A stretch of DNA of 32,000 nucleotides, from contig NC_006833.1 in NCBI RefSeq assembly GCF_000008385.1, positions 750,001 to 782,000 of the forward strand, read 5' to 3'. The DNA comes from Wolbachia endosymbiont strain TRS of Brugia malayi. GTDB taxonomy: Bacteria; Pseudomonadota; Alphaproteobacteria; Rickettsiales; Anaplasmataceae. Below the pieces are notes generated by a model. The model ran no database searches and was not told the DNA's origin. It saw only the letters and a list, made by a program, of their open reading frames with translations. Positions 25,225 to 32,000 of the stretch are shown in pieces (positions within the stretch are counted from its first letter, which is position 1; each line of letters begins with the position of its first letter). The position numbers and the translations under genes are program-made.

Positions 25225-26415
25225 CTATACTTCACCAACCCAATTACTTTTCTCCTGATCCAGCCTATCATCTAATATTGCTTGTCTTATCGACTTCATC
25301 AATTTATTCATAAAGAAAACATTGTGAATGGTAATGAGAGTATAGGCTAGCAGTTCTTTAGTTTTCAATAAATGATGTATATAAGCTCTCGAATATTTTC
25401 TGCAGGTAAAACATAAACAATCACCCTCAATTGGATTACCGTCTAGTTCAAATTGTTGATTTCGCAAATTAATATGCTCTTTGTACCTTGAAGAAATGGT
25501 ATTTCTATTTTTCACTTTAATAAGTGCACCACCATGTCTTGCCAAGCGGGTTGGATGTACGCAATCAAATGTATCAATTCCAGCCTCTACTGCATAAAAA
25601 ATATCCACAATTCTACCAATACCAAGTAAATGAGTAGGCCTATCTTTTTTTAAGTGCTCCATAGTAAAGGAAACTACATCATACATCTGTTCTTTACTTC
25701 GACCAAGCGATCCACCTATTGCTTGACCAAAAAATGGTAAATTATTAATAAAATAACAGCTTTCTCTACGCAAATCTCGGTATACTCCGCCTTGGCTAAT
25801 TCCATACAGCGCTTGTTTGCCATTATCATCTTTTCCAAATTCATTCAAAGAACGCTCAGCCCACTTGTGACTCATGAGCATTGATCTTCTTGTGTATTCT
25901 TTGCTGACGTGAAACGGAGTGCATTCATCTAAAACTAGAATTAAGTCTGCACCTAATTTCTGCTGAATTTGTATAGATCTCTCAGGAGTTAAACAGTAAG
26001 CTTTACCATTAATGTAAGAACGAAAAATTGCCCCATCCTCATCAATTTTAATCAGAGTTTTTTGTTTTTTTCTTATTCCCTTTATCTCTTCCGAAACTGA
26101 CCCGTGTCCCAAACTAAATATCTGGTATCCACCTGAGTCAGTTAGCATTGGCCCATTCCATCCCATCATCTTGCGCAGACCACCAAGTTTTGCAACAGTA
26201 TTCTCCCCTGGTTGGAGCATTAGATGATAGGTGTTAGAAAGTATTATTTGAGTACCTGCTTCACTGATCCTTTCGATATCCGCAGCTTTAATTGCAGCTC
26301 TTGTTGCACAAAATATAAATGCTGGTGTTTCTATGTTTCCACTCGGAGTTTTAATTGTTCCAGCTCTTGCAGAATTTGATTGTTTAATTATCTTGAATGC
26401 AAAGTCTCCTCTCAT
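25225..26415 (-). CDS. tgt: Queuine tRNA-ribosyltransferase (tRNA-guanine transglycosylase)
   Basis: 396-aa ORF with ARAGTIKTPSGNIETPAFIF, TDSGGYQIFSLG, LVLDECTP and the zinc site CLCFTCRKYSRAYIHHL. Confidence 0.93.
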   Translation of the reverse strand: MRGDFAFKIIKQSNSARAGTIKTPSGNIETPAFIFCATRAAIKAADIERISEAGTQIILSNTYHLMLQPGENTVAKLGGLRKMMGWNGPMLTDSGGYQIFSLGHGSVSEEIKGIRKKQKTLIKIDEDGAIFRSYINGKAYCLTPERSIQIQQKLGADLILVLDECTPFHVSKEYTRRSMLMSHKWAERSLNEFGKDDNGKQALYGISQGGVYRDLRRESCYFINNLPFFGQAIGGSLGRSKEQMYDVVSFTMEHLKKDRPTHLLGIGRIVDIFYAVEAGIDTFDCVHPTRLARHGGALIKVKNRNTISSRYKEHINLRNQQFELDGNPIEGDCLCFTCRKYSRAYIHHLLKTKELLAYTLITIHNVFFMNKLMKSIRQAILDDRLDQEKSNWVGEV

Positions 26416-26916
26416 CTATTTATTAGAAAGTTCTGCTATAATGCTTTCTACTTTTTCAGGAGTAAGATTTTCATAAAAATCATTATTGATCTGCACAACA
26501 GGAGCATTGACACACGCACCAAAGCACTCAACTTCTTTTAAAGTGAACAGATTGTCCTTAGTAGTTTCACCTATGTTAATTCCAAGTTTCTTTTTAAAGG
26601 TATTTAAAATTTCTTCACTACTGCATAACCAGCAGGGAGTTGTCCTACAAACTCGTATCAGATATTTACCCACTGGTTTTAAATTATACATGGTATAAAA
26701 ATTTGCCACTTCATATACACGAATATGTGGAATATGCAGCATGTCAGCAACGTAGCACATAGCGGGTTCAGGAACCCATCCACATTGCTCTTGAACAAGA
26801 TATAGTAAAGGCATAACAGCACTCCCTTCTTTGCCTTTTGGGTACACCTCTATAAATTTTTTTGCTTTTTTGAGATTTTCTGATGTAAAACTAAACTGCT
26901 CTTCTTTTCCTTTCAT
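26416..26916 (-). CDS. nuoE: NADH-quinone oxidoreductase subunit E (24-kDa 2Fe-2S subunit)
   Basis: 166-aa ORF with SAVMPLLYLVQEQCGWV and the 2Fe-2S ligands RVCRTTPCWLC … ECFGACVNAP. Confidence 0.92.
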   Translation of the reverse strand: MKGKEEQFSFTSENLKKAKKFIEVYPKGKEGSAVMPLLYLVQEQCGWVPEPAMCYVADMLHIPHIRVYEVANFYTMYNLKPVGKYLIRVCRTTPCWLCSSEEILNTFKKKLGINIGETTKDNLFTLKEVECFGACVNAPVVQINNDFYENLTPEKVESIIAELSNK

Positions 26917-27295
26917 CTGTAAAGCTCATGTAAATCTCAATAGATTATACTTGAAGAGCTAACAATTGCAATTGCTGATTTTTGAGAAACAGCGTTCTAT
27001 AGCATCATACTATCTGCAGAGTGATATTATTTATTTACCCAGTCTGTGAACTCTTTGTTTCTACTCATTTCTTATATTTCATTTTGCAGATCATGGTAAC
27101 ACTTATAATCTCCTTATGCAGTGCAGTAAAATTGTTTAACAATCGCCTCAGAATGCTGATCATTCAAGTATTTTGATACTATAATCCCTGTTTATTAAGG
27201 ATTATCATGTGTTTGATCATAATAACCATAATATATATTGTATAAACTTAAGTGTTCGGATTTATAACCTTATCAACCCCTGCTCAAAACGAGAC

Positions 27296-27935
27296 TTACA
27301 TATAGCTTTTTTCAAGCCCACTATATGTTTTCTCACACGCCATAAAGTCTGCAGTTTCTTTAAAAACTGGTAATTGAAGTTTTGGCGGAAAATCCTCAAT
27401 TACTGGCTGATAAAACTTAAGAAACTGAATACAATGGGTAAATTCATGAAAAATATGATATTTAACGTAATCACTCTACTGTCATTAAGAAAGAAAGACA
27501 TATTTGAAGCTGAAGATTTTAAAAGCTCCTTATACTGAAGGTAGTTGTTATTAACTGTCAATCCAGTTCAAGTTTTGGTAGATCAAAGTCATATACTTTT
27601 TCAAAACCCAGCAAGTTAGTTCCCATTCTCCAGCATAAAAATAAGGAAACTTACATAATCGTTAACTTGAATATCAAAAAACCTACAGCATCTTTTTAAA
27701 GCATTGTTGGTAGTGTCTTCAATATCTTTTAGTTTCTCATCTTTAAGATTTTTATGAAGTACCTTTACTGTTAAATTACTTCTCTCAACATTATAAATAT
27801 ATTTATCAGAAAGAACTTTACTTATTTCAGCTTCAAGTTTATCTCTAGGCCAATAATTTGGCTCACTCTAGGGCTAAAGAATTCTTTAATGCTGCTAAAA
27901 AGGCCCATATAACCTCGTACTGCAAGTATACTCAT
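27296..27935 (-). pseudogene. Remnant of an unknown gene; terminal fragment carries an HExxH motif
   Basis: A minus-strand ATG at 27935 opens MSILAVRGYMGLFSSIKEFF…, and coding-like sequence continues through several frame changes (…DKLEAEISKVLSDKYIYNVERSNLTVKVLHKNLKDEKLKDIEDTTNNALK…). The last open fragment, 27475-27296, reads SDYVKYHIFHEFTHCIQFLKFYQPVIEDFPPKLQLPVFKETADFMACEKTYSGLEKSYM*, with HEFTH encoded at 27434-27448. No ORF of 60 aa or more with a start codon survives here. Confidence 0.4.
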
Positions 27936-28142
27936 TATAGAATGATACACGATTGCTGTCAAGAAGTATATCTAACTCAAACTATATAACTACCTGCAAA
28001 AATTGCGAGTGGTCCAGTAGACTTCTTGCGTAACTCAAACTCAGCAGAAAAAAGGCAATTTACTTATCTGTAGCTAACGCAGACTAGACGTTATACCGCC
28101 GCGGCACCAATAAGCAGCTGTTGTCAGTAAATTTTCAGCTAC

Positions 28143-28402
28143 AAATATTTAAGAAATCCACCAAGTAAGAAAAAGACAAAAGAAGCCCTAGTTAATATCT
28201 ATTTAAAAACACTAGCGTTTTTTTATGTTTTAAATACTTAGTAATCGCGACTTAGTTGTTTTTTATTGCAACTAACCTTTAGTCATAAATGTTTTAGAAA
28301 TTTACTAGGCAAAAAAAAGGCAAAAGATATATTATGGTGATAGTATTTACTCTCTAATCCTGCAAATTAGTATATTATACTGTCCTAAACGCTTTATAAG
28401 CG
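28143..28402. repeat. Short dispersed intergenic repeat, modules 1, 3 and 2 (copy B)
   Basis: Module 1 at 28143-28189, module 3 at 28311-28351 and module 2 at 28384-28402 match 11254-11299, 289-330 and 11352-11370 respectively. See those entries. Confidence 0.55.
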
Positions 28403-30032
28403 AGTTTCAACTTATATAGGTAAAAAATTAGAAATATTGTGAAGACATAAGGTACATATAGTGCAAAAAATTAAACATAAGATGCTAACTATATAACACT
28501 TTATTATTTTAATCTGCACAGATTGAAGGTAACTTAATACCTCCAGTATCGGGATAAGGGGGCTAGCGAGGTTTGTCAGGTAGTTTTTGCACTTAATCCT
28601 TTCTATATATGCTAAAAAAACTAGACACTAGCTAGCCACTTGGATGACAGCTATAATGGTTGTACTTAGATGAGTAGGTAATGCAGGAAGTCTAGCTTCT
28701 AATATACTGCCTCAGAATATTGAAATAAGGAATTGATTTATTAATCTTAGTTAGTACTTTTATCGATATTGTTATATTAAAATAGTAATATAATAATTCT
28801 TTTTATTAAAAAATTATATAAAACTATATTTATATTAAGAAGTTACTCGAAATTAACTCGAATACACAGAAGTTAAAGAAGCAATAGATTCTAACCCCAA
28901 AACGCAGGGTTGATCGAGGATAACGGAGTTGCTTATGGACTTAGCTATCAAGATAACAGCAATGGAAGCAGCAAGGTAAAATTACTTACCAGCCCTTTAT
29001 CTTAACCAAAAAAATACAAGTGTGATACAAGTATCAACATAGCAAATGAACTCAAAGACCAACTAACCTTACATTAATAGAAGATTCAGCCGAAATAGAT
29101 AAAGTTGTGGTTATCTTTCTCGAAGAAGGGAAAAAATACATCAAAGGTTTAATGTTGGACACTTACAAAATTAAGCAGTCAACCAATGCTCCTTCAGTTG
29201 AAGGTTTAGGTAAAGCTAAACTAAAAAAAATATCAATAGTAGCAGTCTTGCAAATAAAGGCAGTAATTCCTCTAACCAAAGGCAGTTAAGGGTGATAATG
29301 CAATATTATTGTAATTGCCCATAATTTAAAGACCAAACTTTAGTCTCTTAGTATTTAAAATCAGACAAGAATGGAAAATTTAAAGTATCAGATAGAAAAA
29401 ATAAGATTATAGAAAGGAAATTGTTCAAGTTTAACATCCGCGGCGGGGTAAATTGCATTAAACGAAAATACAATGCTCTATTCACAAGTGAGGAAAAGAA
29501 TTATTGGGAATTAAGAAGTAAGAAAACGCACATTTTTAAATTTAATGTGGCTGAAGTAATTAAGGATCTGAAGGATGAAAAAGGAGTTAACGACTTTTTA
29601 CTTGGTAATAGAAACGGTCAAATAAATAAAACGTCATCTTTCCCTAGTGAACATGAAATAAGCTTTTTACAGTACGCGAAGCAAACTAAAGACAAAGATC
29701 TAGTTGCTTTTCTTGAAAACTACCAATCAACTAACAAGCAGAGGTACGTATAGTAACTATATTTAAAAATGGATCAATATTGAACTTTCTTGATTATGAA
29801 TTTGAAGATTATGTAGGGCAATTGTACATTAAAGATAGTGGCCAAGACAATTTTACTATAACCGCAATCAGTGGGAAAATATCATAATTTTTAGTCATAA
29901 AAACTCTGAAAAACATTAACAAGGTAATAATAATACCAACAAATAGTATTAAAGTTCTCAGCAATTTTGTTAGTATCATTAACGGTCAATTTACGCACAG
30001 CATTATTTCCAGCATTACCTTTGCCCCTATAA

Positions 30033-30737
30033 ACTAATACAGAGAAAGTTGAGACTTCTACGAAAACGCCAACCACTGCAATTACTGATACAATAAAAGC
30101 TGACGCTGTAGAGGCTACTTAGCCTTCAACAACAGAATTAACAACTTAAACAAGTACTGAAAAGTCTACAACAATGGAACCTATAACAGTAGCTGTTACC
30201 TCACAAACAACAACAGTAACTGAACAAGTAACAACGTCAACTCACGTTTCAATAACAAATTTAGAGGAAACTACACAAACATTATTTACTATACCAAGTA
30301 CTAGAAGAATAAAAGAATCAACAACTCCTATATTTATTACGACTTTATTTCCTTAATCCATCCCTTCTATACAACCGCTTGACGTGTATAGCAGGTAAAC
30401 CTAATGAGGCAAGTTGGATCTGTATTTGGAGCAGTAAGTTTTATTGGAATAATAAGGAGGATTTATAGTATACAAATACGTAAAAGAATACCGCCATTGC
30501 AATACCATTCTTGTATCAGAATTAGCTAATTTGGATTATGAAAATCAATCACATTCAAATAGCAATAAGGAATTTTTTATCAGTAACAGCAGAACAAGCA
30601 GTCCTGAAATAGTGCTAAATGGCATATCAGTAGAAAGCAGTAGCCAATTAAGCAGTTCATCACCTGTAAGCAGTAGAAGTTTAGAGTCTAGAAGATTATC
30701 TTGTGACAGCAATGATATATCAGGACATCATCTCTAG
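30033..30737 (+). pseudogene. Relic of a Thr-rich (mucin-like) / single-TM / Ser-rich-tail surface protein
   Basis: Frame 0 from 30033 reads TNTEKVETSTKTPTTAITDTIKADAVEAT*PSTTELTT*TSTEKSTTMEPITVAVTSQTTTVTEQVTTSTHVSITNLEETTQTLFTIPSTRRIKESTTPIFITTLFP*, with in-frame TAG at 30120-30122 and TAA at 30147-30149. A shifted frame (30413-30529) reads VGSVFGAVSFIGIIRRIYSIQIRKR…, a hydrophobic segment followed by a basic stop-transfer. Frame 0 then resumes in track ORF 30531-30737, which is Ser-rich (…SSSQLSSSSPVSSRSLESRRLS…). Confidence 0.5.
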
Positions 30738-30820
30738 CTATCGCTTGATGTTTAATAGCATACCATTGACTAGTAGGGAAATTATTTTACTTTCATGATT
30801 TTCATGTTAAAATATAATTT

Positions 30821-31165
30821 CTAGGTGAAATAAGTAGCTGCTGTTGTGTGGTAAACACAGCAGAGGAAAGTCCGGGCTCCAAGGAAAAATAGTGACGGGT
30901 AACACCCGCCGGAGGTAACTCCAGTTATAGGACTACAGAAAATTACCGCCTAAATATTCTTAGGTAAGGGTGAAAAGGTGTGGTAAGAGCACACCATAGC
31001 AATGGCAACATTGGTAGTCAAGTAACCAACATTAGGAGCAAGATTAAATAAGAGTAGACTTTATGTTTTCTTCATATCTACTCGGGTAAATCGCATGCAG
31101 TAAATGGTAACATTTACTCTAGATAAATAGCTACATAAACAGAACTCGGCTTATATTTCACCTAG
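30821..31165 (+). ncRNA. rnpB: RNase P RNA (bacterial type A)
   Basis: It contains the universal P4 strands GAGGAAAGTCCGGGCTCC (near 30861) and ACAGAACTCGGCTTA (near 31139). Also present are the GGTAACACCCGCC and GGTAAGGGTGAAA(A)GGTG blocks. The terminal P1 helix pairs ctaggtgaaata (30821-30832) with tatttcacctag (31154-31165). Confidence 0.93.
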
Positions 31166-31214
31166 ACATTCATATAAACATAGGTCACGCTATACTTAAA
31201 AACATGCAAGCACT

Positions 31215-31985
31215 TTATGCATTGTCCTTAACCTGTTCTGCTTGATAGTCACTACTATTTTCCCCTACATTAATACTGGAATACTCTTCCTCATCAACAT
31301 ACTCTTTCAGGACATAACCCCTGCCCCAAACGGTTTCTATGTGGCTTTTTCCATCATTTGCACTTTCAAGTTTCTTGCGCAATTTGCACATAAAGACATC
31401 AACTATCTTATTATCTGAAGGTTCATCTAAGCCGTTATAAAGATGATCTAAAAACATTTCTTTTGTTAATACTGTTCCTTTACGTAACGCTAGCAATTCT
31501 ATCATAGAATATTCTTTATTAGTAAGGTGAACTGTTTTACCTTTTACCTCAACAACCCTGTGATCAAAATTGATGTTTATATTACCAATCTTTATCACTG
31601 ACTCAGGATGGCCTTTAGTACGACGTACTATTGCTTTTATTCGAGCAAGTAGCTCACTCTTATGAAATGGTTTAGTTAAGTAGTCATCAGCACCGTACCC
31701 AAGTCCCTTAGCTTTATGATTAACAGCAGATATACATGAAAGTATCAAGACAGGAACTTTAATCTTTGCACTTCTTAACCTTAACAGTATATCATACCCA
31801 TCAATATCACCAGGTAAGTGTATATCTAGAATAACTAGGTCATAGTGATCTCCATTTGAGGAAACCATATTGTTGTTGTAGTCTTGCGCAGAAGTTACAA
31901 CATCACAAAAGTGCCCATCAGAAGTCAAAGCGTTAACTACAGTCTTTGCACTGACTTGATCATCTTCAATTAGTAATATACGCAT
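31215..31985 (-). CDS. ctrA: Cell-cycle response regulator CtrA (OmpR-family winged helix)
   Basis: 256-aa ORF. It has MRILLIEDD, a phospho-acceptor DLVILDIHLPGDIDGY, GADDYLTKPFHKSELLARIKAIVRRTKGH, and a wHTH HLTNKEYSMIELLALRKGTVLTKEMFLDHLYNGLDEPSDNKIVDVFMCKLRKKL…IETVWGRGYVLKE. This aligns closely to alphaproteobacterial CtrA. An acidic C-terminal extension of about 30 aa follows. Confidence 0.92.
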   Translation of the reverse strand: MRILLIEDDQVSAKTVVNALTSDGHFCDVVTSAQDYNNNMVSSNGDHYDLVILDIHLPGDIDGYDILLRLRSAKIKVPVLILSCISAVNHKAKGLGYGADDYLTKPFHKSELLARIKAIVRRTKGHPESVIKIGNININFDHRVVEVKGKTVHLTNKEYSMIELLALRKGTVLTKEMFLDHLYNGLDEPSDNKIVDVFMCKLRKKLESANDGKSHIETVWGRGYVLKEYVDEEEYSSINVGENSSDYQAEQVKDNA

Positions 31986-32000
31986 ATTTTACACCCCGTA

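Noticed and set aside
24210-26698. Plus-strand ORFs 24210-24443 and 26486-26698
   Set aside because: They are antisense to the MrpD/NuoN-family gene and to nuoE respectively.
28500-28720. Possible structured ncRNA in the relatively GC-richer patch (…gggataagggggctagcgaggtttgtcaggtag…ctagctagccacttgg…)
   Set aside because: I could not match it to SRP RNA, tmRNA, 6S RNA or group II intron domain V signatures, nor fold a convincing conserved structure by eye. It is left as part of the gene-poor tract finding.
29107-30076. Short ORFs 29107-29289 (+) and 29891-30076 (-) in the gene-poor tract
   Set aside because: They have no motifs, no convincing SD, and are surrounded by frame-broken sequence. 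I treat them as chance ORFs or fragments of dead genes rather than as genes.
1-32000. CtrA boxes (TTAA-N7-TTAA) in intergenic regions, considered because ctrA is encoded here
   Set aside because: I scanned the main intergenic spacers by eye (2547-2672, 5836-5941, 10130-10370, 14157-14287, 15347-15453, 22738-22817) and found no exact TTAA-N7-TTAA. Half-sites are abundant by chance at this AT content. The ctrA upstream region itself lies outside the window.
1-32000. CRISPR arrays, rRNA genes, prophage modules, intact IS or transposase genes, toxin-antitoxin pairs
   Set aside because: No regularly spaced direct repeats were seen. No rRNA signature sequences were seen. No ORF has transposase, integrase, phage structural or TA-like features. 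The only mobile-element hints are the short dispersed repeats and the weak inverted 9-mers reported above.

Overview
AT-rich chromosome segment from an obligate intracellular alphaproteobacterium of the Rickettsiales/Anaplasmataceae type. Gene content and protein sequences look most like Wolbachia, but I cannot verify genus or strain without a search. About two thirds of the window is ordinary housekeeping: ftsQ 3' end, HU, rpsI-rplM, tolC-like OMP, rlmE, ccmB, dksA-like, gmk, ppa, coq7, dsbB, der, pccB, mutM, an MrpD/NuoN-family membrane subunit, tgt, nuoE and ctrA. It also carries three tRNAs (Ser-GCU, Thr-GGU, initiator-like Met-CAU) and RNase P RNA. The rest is eroding. pdxJ, pdxH, comEC and an RluD-type pseudouridine synthase are all broken by multiple frameshifts or stops, and a nitroreductase-like gene is frameshifted. 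A PopZ/DUF2497-like gene carries one in-frame TAA. A roughly 3.9 kb stretch (26.9-30.8 kb) holds no intact gene, only remnants: an HExxH-bearing ORF fragment and a Thr-rich / TM / Ser-rich mucin-like surface-protein relic. Best candidates for lineage-specific, host-directed biology: (i) an overlapping minus-strand pair encoding a signal-peptide ankyrin-repeat protein and a 606-aa signal-peptide pentapeptide-repeat protein (6979-10129); (ii) an orphan 352-aa protein (14288-15346); (iii) a stand-alone virB9 paralogue. A short dispersed intergenic repeat family occurs at three sites. I saw no CRISPR array, rRNA, intact transposase or prophage genes. All functional calls rest on my reading of the translated ORFs; no database search was run.
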